Assembly: GCA_045837725.1 (NCBI GenBank)
Contig: JBEWZL010000136.1
Span: 184,857-204,856 of the forward strand
DNA from: Vermamoeba vermiformis
Lineage: Eukaryota
Direction of reading: 5' to 3'
Length of the DNA: 20,000 bases
A program made the translations under genes and the position numbers. Under the pieces are notes generated by a model that saw only the letters and a program-made list of their open reading frames with translations, had not been told where the DNA came from and did not search any database. Shown one piece after another: positions 9,585-20,000 of this stretch. Position 1 is the stretch's first letter. Each line of letters opens with the position of its first letter.

Positions 9585-12500
9585 TCAAGCATGTACCATG
9601 CCCAGTTCGTTGTTGGTACCGGTGCCTTTGTTGGTTGAAAAGTCAAATACAACGAGATTACTGCAATCACCGCGATTGACTTCAATGCACCATAGTCCAC
9701 GATAATCTGTTTTAACTTTGGTACGACCGCGTAAGATGAAAATAGCGGATCTAGGGTTATCGAGTTTCCGTTGATGAGCAATCAGTACTATAGGTGCATC
9801 ACCAATATTCTGCAGTGCAATGTGACCTATCTGCGCGCCTTTGTTGCCTGACTCGCCGAACACGACGTACGTTGATTTAGTCGAGAGATGTTTGTGGTGC
9901 AACGGATCCTCTGCCAGCTAGTTAGTACTCCCTAGGATTATGAATTATAGAAGGTACCTCGTATTAGTTCATTAGCTGCGCATTCTGTCACTAAACCAGC
10001 TAATTTTGACGCAATTTGAATGGCGCCAGGATTCCACAAGTAATCAGGAATGTCTGCAAAGAATTCAGTTAATATTCCGTTCATGAACGGCTTCCTCTTC
10101 ATTCATTACGTGCCGTTATTCTCTGAGGGACTCTCTTCGAATATAGTGCTCTCTTCTAGCGTACTGTGCGTGAAATCGTGTTCGATTGGTCCGTTGAAAT
10201 CAGCGCTGTGCTCGATCACACTGGCCAGCGAGTACTTGTCTTCAGGACTAATCACATAGCCACCACTGCCATTGCTGCTGTTGCTGTCACTGTCATACGA
10301 CTTAGGCCGCGTAGGACTCGTGAGTGGCGCGTTATTGTTTTGGTCTGATGCGCTCTCTGACGCACTGCGCGGTGACTTTACAGCGGGTTTGTGCATGTCT
10401 GGAATCATCACAAAGTCTTCCAAGTCATCTTTTTCTGCACGCTCCAAACTGACCTATAATGAGTGTTATTACGCGTGTCACTTTCAAGTGTCAAAATGTC
10501 ATAATGTCACTTACACTTTTCGGTCTTTGGAATGTAACAACGCTTTTAATCCGTTCGAAAGTATTTCCAACAATGTTGTTCAGCTTCAGTCGCGACGTCT
10601 GTTTGACCATTCGTTTGCCGTTAATTTTCATGTACGGAATTCCTTCTTCATTCATTTCCAATTCGATTTCATTTCTTTGAGCTACAAATATAATCACACA
10701 TTAACCCATATTATTAACGATAAGAGGCTATTTCGAGGTACCTGCAAGGACTGGATTGCTGCTGACGAGTTCTGCAATGACTTGATTGATCTTTTGGACC
10801 CACGCTGATTTGTCTTCTTTGTTCGTGCACACAAACGCGTGCGTTTTGAGCGGACTGACCAAATAGAACATGTGTTTGTACGCTATTTTGAATCGTTAAG
10901 GAAAAATAGGAGGATTATGAATTTAAAATAAGAAAATAATGGTTGAAAAGGATACGTCCATTGAAACTGTCCATTGTGCACGCAGTCAGAACGGGAATCA
11001 TTTTATCTACACAAAAACGTCAGAACTGAGTTAACATACGAAATAATTCTATTAAACCTGAAAAATAAGCGTTCTAGATTCAAGATAATGAAAGATAAAG
11101 CGTACGTTTAAAAAAGATTGGACTTATTTTGGCTGTTACGTACCAACTTTCATGAGTCCACCGACGAGTGGCACGGCAGTCAACAAGAGATCGCTGAACA
11201 AAAACACAGCGCGCGTCTGCAGACTGTCATCGGTCATGGACAACTTGGCCAACATGCCTTCTTTCACGAACTTGCGTTGTGGCTCGACCAGCACTTGATT
11301 GCCCATGCGCACCAATTTGTTTTGAATTTCAATCACTTTTTCAATATTTTCTCTGTTACGGACACTACAACGAACAACGTTAAATAATAATTATTATAAA
11401 TAACCAGAGTGATTTTTTTTCATTTTTGACGATTTTCGCAAGAAAAAAAAATTGAGGCACGTACCTTTCGTTGACCCGATCCGCTACAGCACGAACTTTT
11501 ATAATCGCCGTTGTTAGATCATTATAATCAGGGTCACCTTGTGGTGTATATCGTTGAAGAGTCTATTAATAAGGAGTTATTGTCAATAACATATTCACGC
11601 GCAAAGTGAAGGATCCAATTCTTACCTCTAATAATAATACATAACGAGGAATTCCTACAAAAAATATTGCAAAGTTAATGCCACGTGATATTTTAACTTT
11701 TCATGAATAAGATGCACTTACTTTGTACAGGCATAATAAGATACATAAACGCGTCCAACTTTTTAGCGACCGGATTTTTTTGAAATTTCTACAAAAATTA
11801 TTGGTATTATTAATTTGCACAATATGTAGTGAGTATGATATATATTGTTAGGATCGACAACTTACTTGCAAAAAAGTCCTGAATTGAACGTTATTATTCA
11901 TTTCATAATTAACTGTTGCTGTTGAGGACTCGTAATTATCGCAGTATGTGCTGTAAGTCTTCAAATAAGGAGCCTATATTAATATTATATTATTAGTCAA
12001 AATTGAGCGTCAACCGAACAAGATTTTCATGAACGAGAAAAATCTTCGCGCAAAATAATAATACGAGGACTGAATAAGTATTTGAAGCAATATAATTGAA
12101 ATATATACGTACCATAGTAATAAAGATATCAGCCAAACGCTGGGTGTCTGCCCAAGTCTGCATCCGTTCCTCTAACCGTTTCAAAAGTTCCTTATTTACT
12201 GCTGCTAATGTTTCAATGTTCGAAAATATCTGCGTAATAATTCTTTTCTCTATAATAGGGCTATCCTCTTCGTCCAGCTTTCTCAGCGGCATTAACAAAT
12301 GCTAAACAGAAAATCAAAAATAAATTTAAAATTGCAAGTAATATTTGCGTACCTCTATAATGAGATCTAAGCACTGTACGTAATATCGCTCTGAATGGAG
12401 AATTTCAAAAGCTGCTGTATCGCGCTTGACTCGATGGACTAAGAAGAATAGAATTAGATCCCATTCTCAAAAATTCAGAAAATATTAATTAAAGCAAATT

Positions 12501-12904
12501 CTATCGTATCCACGCAAATTATTTAGGTTTTAATATTTTTTAGCTCTGAATTAATTACCTGGATCTCGTGGAGAATTTTCTACCACAGATTTACTCTCTT
12601 CAGTAGACTCGGGTTTAGGAAGCAATTCTTCTTCATTTTTACTCGCAATATTAGGTGTGTCGAGTGGTGGTACGGGTGAATTAGTGTTTTCTTCGGGCGT
12701 AATGGAATCAATGGGTACATCTAATTCTTTTTCGCTTGAATCGGTTTTTTCGACCTCAGGAGTAGCACTATCTTCTATATTAATAATATTTACATTCTCA
12801 GTTAATTTTTCAATATTTTCCGCGCTGTCCAGTTGCTCGATCAGCTCAGTTTTCGCATCCACCACTTCTTTGTGTTCTGAGCTTACGTTTGCTGTCTCAT
12901 CCAT
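9585..12904 (-). CDS. Dbl-family RhoGEF (DH-PH) with an acidic N-terminus, a Ser-rich linker and an unrecognised C-terminal domain
   Basis: DH motifs EILHSERYYV, QIFSNIETL, LADIF, YLKTYSTYCDNY, LIMPVQRIPRYVLLLE and VADRVNE. PH motifs RKFVKEGML and VFLFSDLLL. Extension to the stop at 9585 requires a GC-AG intron at 10113-10054; otherwise the ORF ends near 10106. The start codon is tentative. Confidence 0.88.
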
Positions 12905-13317
12905 CACTACTAATTAATAAATATATTTACAATACGAACATTTAGCAGTAGCGGTGTGTTACTTAAAAATACACGAATTGAAAAAATGCTGACGCGTCGC
13001 ACAATCAACAATTTATTATTTGACTCATAGAAAGGACTGATACGTGGCCATATGCATTAAAAATTATACTGCGCACTCAACACGAAGCCACGGGAAAGTT
13101 GACACCAGGAAACAATCTTGGCGTAACTTCGGCAAAAACAGCAGGCGAGTCAATCAATAGTCAACAATATCGTCATTCAATTCATTGATGACAGAGCAGG
13201 GCCAAGAAAAAATCAAGAACGGGACTGGCTTGGAAAGCTCCACAAATTGAAAACAAATATTTTGTCAACGACCGATTTTCTTCCATGTTAAAATACTAAC
13301 AAAGCAACACCAACATC

Positions 13318-16058
13318 ATGGAACGAGGACGAGGTAATAAATTATAAATAACTTTAATATTGCGCCTATCCTGATGAATGTGTCTCGATCGCTAATGGAT
13401 TCGCCTTTATTTAGGTCGTGGAGGCAGAGGACGCGGTGCTCCTCGAGGAAGAGGTGGCCGTGGTGGTCGTGGTCGAGGTGATTACGGCGGTCGCGGCCGT
13501 GGAGGTCGAGGTGGGCCAACACATCTCACGGATTTGGCTTGGGATGAAGGTAATCGCTCTAATTATAACAATTCATTGGCGATCTAAGACTAATATCGTT
13601 GTTTTAGCCTTGCAGTCAATTAAAGAAAACAAGATCAGTAACTTACAAAAAATACTCCTCAGTTATCCACAGTTACTCAACCAGGTTAAAAAAAATTCAG
13701 CAATATTATTGGAGGCCATAAATGAAGGTAATAAATACAAGTGTATCCGATTTAATTTCGAGATGAGACCTGTCAGTTAAACAATTATTTTTAGGGAATA
13801 TGGAGGCAATAAATATGCTCCTCGAGCAAAAAAATATCAATATAAACATAGAAGCATATAAACGAACACCATTGGACTTTGCAGCAAAAAATAATCTCGA
13901 AGAACTTGTTTGGCTATTGTCAAGCAAAAACGCGAAAGGCAAACCATTTCTATCTGCCATGGAAGGAGGTATGGCACATAATATTATTCATATTCTGATA
14001 TTAGTACTCTTTTCAGTAACACTGAGCAATATATATTGATCGATAAAAAATCGTGCGAGAGATCTGATTGCAAATGTTTAGGCCACGCAAAGCTTGCAGC
14101 ACAACTTATGAAACGACTATATTCGGATCCTAAAGAGGCAGCGCGAGATCACCGCGGAGATTACACATTGCCCGTGCACTTTGCAGGCTCAGTCGAGTGC
14201 CTCAAACTCGTGCTCCCACACAGCGATGTTAACGCCGTGAGGTAACTTCACCGATGATAATTTAATACGAAAACACTCTATAATGACATTATTATGTAGT
14301 TATATGTATGGCACGCCTCTACAAGCAGCAATAGCCTTCAAACATTTCGAAGTCGCTGAGTACTTGGTGGAGCACGTGCCAGACGTTGACTTCGAACCTG
14401 AAAGTTGGATCAATTCTATCGTGGGCCAATCACCGCTATTTTTAGCGTTAGTGGCTGGACATCGTCCGTTAGTTGAGAAATTATTGAATAGTGGCAAATG
14501 TCAACGAACACTCGATTCAACGATTGGATGTCCGACACCTGAAGAATACTTGATACTATTCGATAATAATCACGCTCAATCAAGCAGTGAGACAAAAAGC
14601 ATTTCTAGTAAGTCAATCGATGCCATTAATACAACATTCAATTTTGTTAACGTTCTGTTTCTGTAGCCAAACCAGGCCAAAAAGTTACATATGTGGCTTC
14701 TAAAGTCACCAAAGAACAATATTTAAATAGTATATTCAAGATACTAAACGTACCTGAAGAAGAACGAGTAATAACATACGAAGATCCGACAAAGCCTCAG
14801 ACCGAAGAGCCCAAAGAGCAAGATTCGATATATAATTATCCATCACTCGAAGAATGCCCTTCGTCTTTACTACGAGATTTCTTGACCAGCAGAAAAATAC
14901 AGTTTGATCCAAAGTACGGCAACTTTTCAATATTTTTTAAATATTACTCTATTGACCTTTATTATATCTAGTACTTTACACAACGAATTAGTTGAAAAGG
15001 TTAAGGACCTTAAAATTAAAAGTAAGTGTTCACAGCATAATTGATAGATGTTTATTAATCGCTGATCGGATCAGTTGAAAATACAACGCCAGAAGCCCAA
15101 AAAGATGAATCAACAGATATTTTAATTGACCGCGAGACTCTCAATGCAATTCCAGACTTCATTCCGTTCAAAGACTTGAAAGGCTATTTCGAACGTGATG
15201 ATCGTCAACATTTTTTGAAGCTAGATATCACCAATCAAAAAGGCAGCGCCGCGTTTCTTGATCTCAAAACTCCAGGTAAATATTTTCAAGAAATTTCTTT
15301 TTATTATTATTATTATTATTAAAATTATTAAATATTTGATAGGCGTGTATTCAATCCACCGAACTCATTTTTTCAACCAAAACTCGCTGTACCAATCGAA
15401 GATCGTGCTGTTGATGGGTCGACCATCATTGAACTCGACAACTCGCCTCTCAGAAGGTCTTGCATATCGTTTAGTCGGAGGTGTGGTCCGAGACTCTTTC
15501 GACTCCAAGTTGGTGGTTGAAAAACTTGAGCCAGGCATGGAACTTTTCTACGGAGAAGTTCATTTTCAAGATCATGAAAACGAGACTGACGACTTTGGCG
15601 GAAGAATTTTCGTTAACAACGGCAGGACATTTGTATTCTTTTCCGCGCTGTACGACGCACATCTGGAAAAAATGTCTGCTGAATTTGGCGTAGATACTGA
15701 ACTCGAACCTGATTCATACGAAGACGACCTCCGCATCAAAGTTCCGCTGCCGAGAATGCCGTACACGTTCTACGTTGGTGAAATGAAAGTTAAGCCCGGT
15801 GCAAATGACATCAAAGAAGGCGCAGTAATTGAAGGTGTGTGGTGGGAGACCAACCTGGAGAAGTACTCCGTGCCTGAAGTGTTCAACGAAGAAAATTTCT
15901 GCCGCAAAGGCAAATGGAGGATTGTCTCGCCGTTCAGTGAACAAGACGGACCTCAAAATCCTCAATTTGAAGTTGACTATGGCGATGAGAACCCACCACC
16001 AGAAGCGCCAGAGGAGCACCCTATTCACGAAGATTATTGGAGGAGCTCTACAAACTAA
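13318..16058 (+). CDS. RGG-box + ankyrin-repeat + HeH/SAP-like + unknown beta-rich C-terminal domain protein
   Basis: ATG at 13318. Spliced N-terminus MERGRGRGGRGRGAPRGRGGRGGRGRGDYGGRGRGGRGG. Ankyrin motifs RTPLDFAAKNNLEELV, GTPLQAAIAFKHFEVAEYLV and QSPLFLALVAGHRPLVEKLL. The exon junctions I traced splice in frame to TAA at 16058. Confidence 0.85.
15299..15320. repeat. (ATT)n microsatellite inside an intron of the ankyrin gene
   Basis: About 6 tandem ATT units, visible directly in the sequence. Confidence 0.8.
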
Positions 16059-16430
16059 ATAAACAACGACCTGGTTGAACACATCACTGCCTCTAAATCG
16101 CGCAATTTGTGGGTTCGTTCGAAAAAACTAGATCATATGCGAGGAGGCAAAGCCTTAATTTAACCAAATCGAATCTGATATTGTAGTAAGTAACCCTTTT
16201 ATTGCAATAATGGACCATTAGTAATCGTTATGCTGTTAGCTGGTGCATCAACTTGGGGCAAAAAATACACCGTGACGTACTGACAGCAGAATCTTGGTAT
16301 CGCTTTCTATTGCAGTATAATGATACACGTAAGTGGCATACAGCGAGATGAATCACATGCAAGTGACTTGTGTTCAAAAAATTGGTTTAAATTTCGCTCA
16401 CGAGAAAAGAAAATTCTATTTCGCTTTAAA

Positions 16431-19178
16431 ATGAAGAACGTTTATTTAGCTAGCATTCTAATACTAGCGTATTGCGGCCTTATATTCACGCAACAACTTT
16501 CTATTTTCGTGGACACAAACACCGGATCGGATTTGACTGGAGATGGAACAATCAACAAACCATTTCAAACAATCGTCGCTGCTCAGATGTACCTTAGATA
16601 TAACGTCACAAAAGAATCCTATTCTCGTACGTACACTACCTGCGGCACCCAATTTATTATTTTAATATTCACTTGGCAAGGATTTTGTGATTGACAGTAC
16701 ACAAATCTATGCTATTGAACGACCATATTATTAACACTATTAAATAGTGCATATAATGGGGAGGATGTGCGAGTAATTGGAGGTCGAACGGTTGGCGGAT
16801 GGAGTCTTGTAACCGACTCCGCAGTACTGAAGCGGTTGAATACTACCGCAAAATCTCACGTATGATATGGCATACTATTTGTTTAAACATAGTAATGGAT
16901 TTTTAGGTTTTAGTAGCAGATCTGGGCTCAACAGATCTGGGTCAATTAATGCGTCGAGGATTTGGAAGCAATGGCGCTGGCTTTGCCGCCATGGAACTAT
17001 TTTTCAATACAGAACCAATGACACTTGCCAGATATCCCAATAGCGTAAGTTAAACTGCCAACGTAGATCAGATCTATACTACTTTCATACTTCCTTGCAG
17101 GGTTTTCTGACCGTCAGTCAATTCGATAGCACTACGAGCAACTTCACATTCGACAGCAAGTCTGACAACATTGGTAACTGGAAGCTCGAATCGGATCCGT
17201 GGGCGTTTGGCTATTGGTACGAGGACTGGGCTGACGAGTACGTAACACTTTTGACACTTGACACGTGTCAAACTCTACTGACTTTTCCATTCATAGCTAC
17301 ATCCCAATAGACTCGTTTGTCTCTTTAGGATCAACTAATGTCTCCGCGCACATTGGATCGATGCCTGGTTATGGTGTTCAGGCCAAGCAAAGATTTTTCC
17401 TTCAAAACTTTCTGTCCGAGCTTGACAGCCCTGGCGAGTACTACATCGATAGAAACAGCTCTCAGATTTACTTTTGGCCTCCAACGAATGATTACGCTGA
17501 CGACGACTTTGTTGTATCTGTAGCACCCAACGCGTTTTCGTTAACCAGCGTTGCCTTCATCACATTCGAGGGATTCACTATTGAGGCTAGCCGTAAAGAG
17601 GGTGTTAAAGGCACTTCGCTAACAAATGTACGTATGTCAGGAGTCTTCACAGGGACTTTTCTAAATGATAATTGTAGGTGACTCTCTCGCACATGGTAGT
17701 TCGCAACACTGGCACGGACGCACTCAACTTGAGAGGCTCGAACATCGTCGTGGAATACTGTCAAATCTCCAACGCGGGAGATCGTGGAATTTGGTTCGTG
17801 GGTGGCGATAGAAACACACTCACTCGTGCCAGTAAGTCATAGGTGATATGTGATTTATTTCCTAATTTGGTAACAGACAACGTGGCCCGCAACAACATTA
17901 TTACTAAATTCGGTCGTTGGTCCAAAACATTCAAACCAGCGATCAATATGGACGGTGTAGGAATGCTTGCTGAACACAATGAAATGTACAACGGCCCTCA
18001 CGCTGCGTTGTTTTGGTCCGGCAATTACAACACGATGCAGTACAATGTTGTGCATGACGTAAGAAGTTCTTCGAGCCTTGTGCGACGAAGCAATGGCTAA
18101 CATTGCCAATATATTAGGTGTGCCTTGAGACTGCGGACGTTGGTGCGTTCTATTCAGGTAGAGATTGGACGAGATGTGGAAATGTCGTCAAGTACAATCT
18201 GTTTTAGTAAGTCATTTTGACACGTGTCAAACTAGAGTCAACGTTTTAACAAACTTTTGTCAGTAATATCACAGGATATGGATCATTAGGCGCAACTGGT
18301 GTATATTTCGACGATCAATATAGTTCTGGAGAAATTTTTGGCAACATTTTTTACAACGTCTACCGAGTATGTTTGAGCAACGGAATTTCTTATTCATGAA
18401 AATCTAATAACTCACGTCATATCACAGGGTGTTCTCATTGGCGGTGGCAGAGATAATACGGTCTATAATAACGTTTTCATTAACTGCGATACTGGTATTT
18501 ATATCGGTAAGTCGTGAGTTCGCGTTAATTTTTATTGAAATTTCGCAGACGCACGTGGTTTGGGAATTTGTGCAAAGAGCGCGAATTCAACGCTGATGCC
18601 AGCATTAGCTAGTGTACCTTATACTTCCGAGCCTTGGCTATCAGCTTTTCCTAAACTGGCGACCATTCTCGAGGTACACTTTTGCAACTATTTTTCATCT
18701 TCGGTAATTTAATCTTTCTACGTTCGGAAGGATAATCCAAATATACCCGCCGGCAACAGTATTGGCACGAATATATTTATCAATACGAAGACCTGGAAGA
18801 ACTTTTGCACGGCGGATATAATGACACCTCTCGTGACCGTTGACGAAAATTGTTTTAACTTGACAGTGAGTGACTTTCAAAACGTCAAAGGATTGAACTT
18901 TGCTATGCAAAATACTGGCCTCAATAAGTGCAGTGACACGTTCGTGTCAAATTTCCAACTCATTCCTGTTGATGAGATCGGAGTTAAACCAGGTATGGGC
19001 TTATCAACCTAAAAATACTATCAATCAAGGTATTAACTTGGTTTTAGAATCAGGGCCAACTGCCTCGCCGACAGAACCAAATTCCAACAATGAGCCGACT
19101 GGAACCGTGTCAACGTCTTCATGCCATTCTATTGCTAGTTACGTGCTCGCCGCTTCGCTTGGTTTATTAACGCTGTAA
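16431..19178 (+). CDS. Secreted right-handed parallel beta-helix (pectin-lyase-fold) protein of bacterial type (GH141-like neighbourhood), probably GPI-anchored
   Basis: Signal peptide MKNVYLASILILAYCGLIFT. Motifs GSDLTGDGTINKPFQTI, AYNGEDVRVIGG, ELFFNTEPMTLARYPN, WAFGYWYEDWAD, ELDSPGEYYID, DVGAFYSGRDW, GVYFDD, IGGGRDNTVYNNVF and IDARG. S/T/P-rich stalk and hydrophobic C-terminal tail. About 11 short introns; splicing at 16627-16747 is ambiguous. Confidence 0.85.
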
Positions 19179-19203
19179 TTCTATTCTTTTTATTATTAAA
19201 TAA

Positions 19204-20000
19204 TTAGATTAACAATGTCATCGTGATTAAGCTCATCAAGAATACAACGACATTGCTATGACTTGCGTTCGAAGTCACAGGTGACGAGGGACCTGAAGTA
19301 CTCGTAGGGGCAATGGAAGGATCGACCATGAATGAGCCAAAAGTGTACTCCATGCTGCTACTCGCACCTTTGATGGCAAGCGCAAGAGGCATGTTGTGAT
19401 TGGTCGGATCAACGATTTGCAGCTGAACAGAGTACTCGCCCTTCTCAACGCCAGAAATGTCAAACTGATCGACAATCGATACAGGACTCTCTGGCATCAC
19501 TGTGCGAAGATCGACCTTTGAAGTACCCTGCGCCACAACAGATCCGTTTGACACGAGTGCAAGATTGACATTCCATGCTTCGTAGATTGGTGCTACACCG
19601 TGATTGTTCCACGTGATGTTGATAGTAATGGCTGGTCGTTCAAAAGTTAGAGCAAACGATACTGACATTTTTACCAAAAAAAAGGAAATTTCCTTACTTG
19701 ATCCGACAGGTTCCAAAATGTCAATCTGTTCAATCGTCAATCTGAATCCAGCTGATTTACCCGTGTCCATCCAGTACAGTTGATCTGAGAATGGCATCGT
19801 ATCGTTAGTGATCTTGGGCAATCCATTGCCGTTTGCGACCAACGAGACGTGGTACTCTTTGACCTATTGGACAATTTAATCGTAAATTCAACTTGCCAGC
19901 AGATCTTTTTGCCGCTTTACCTGTCGCAAGGCCTCGCTCATGTTTGAGTTCGTTGGATAACCTCCGAACAATTCAGTGATGAATGGAGCTTGTTTCCAAC
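19204..20000 (-). CDS. DUF4832-like putative glycoside hydrolase, 3' part, probably GPI-anchored
   Basis: WKQAPFITE, YHVSLV, GFRL, TWNNHGVAPIYEAWNVNLAL, VDLRTVMP, GEYSVQLQIVDP and PLALAI resemble DUF4832-family proteins as I recall them. Ends with a PTSTSGPSSPVTS stalk and the hydrophobic tail VVVFLMSLITMTLLI. Introns at ~19920-19864 and 19697-19632. Confidence 0.7.

Noticed and set aside
9536-9781. 81-aa minus-strand ORF with a hydrophobic stretch
   Set aside because: An overlapping alternative frame; splice phase supports the 9585-9910 frame.
13418-13548. Val/Glu-rich ORF start (EEEVAVVVVVEV) and the antisense His-rich ORF
   Set aside because: Both are off-frame readings of the RGG-coding exon.
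19632-19697. Hydrophobic segment SKEISFFLVKMSVSFALTFERP in the 212-aa ORF as a transmembrane helix
   Set aside because: It is a 66-nt stop-free intron (GTAAGG...CTAAC...CCAG) translated through by the ORF finder.
1-20000. CRISPR arrays, rRNA/tRNA genes, prokaryotic operons, autonomous transposase or reverse transcriptase
   Set aside because: I saw no spaced direct repeats, RNA-gene signatures or such coding motifs; the window is spliceosomal-intron eukaryotic DNA throughout.

Overview
Intron-rich, AT-rich eukaryotic (protist-like) genomic DNA. It uses the standard genetic code, mostly ~45-65 nt GT-AG introns and at least two GC-AG introns. I reconstructed eight genes by hand splicing: (1) a Crinkler/RHS-like SAM + P-loop NTPase + restriction-endonuclease-like gene (-, runs off the left edge) whose body is strongly CpG-depleted; (2) a low-complexity/coiled-coil protein (-); (3) an RDH-type short-chain dehydrogenase (-) that carries a 232-bp CACTA-like MITE inside a coding exon plus a premature TGA; (4) an intact cytochrome P450 (-); (5) a DH-PH RhoGEF (-) with a LIR-like motif and an unrecognised C-terminal domain; (6) an RGG-ankyrin-HeH-like protein with an unknown C-terminal domain (+); (7-8) a tail-to-tail pair of bacterial-type, probably GPI-anchored carbohydrate-active-like genes, a right-handed beta-helix protein (+) and a DUF4832-like protein (-, runs off the right edge). 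All family assignments come from recognising motifs, not from database searches.
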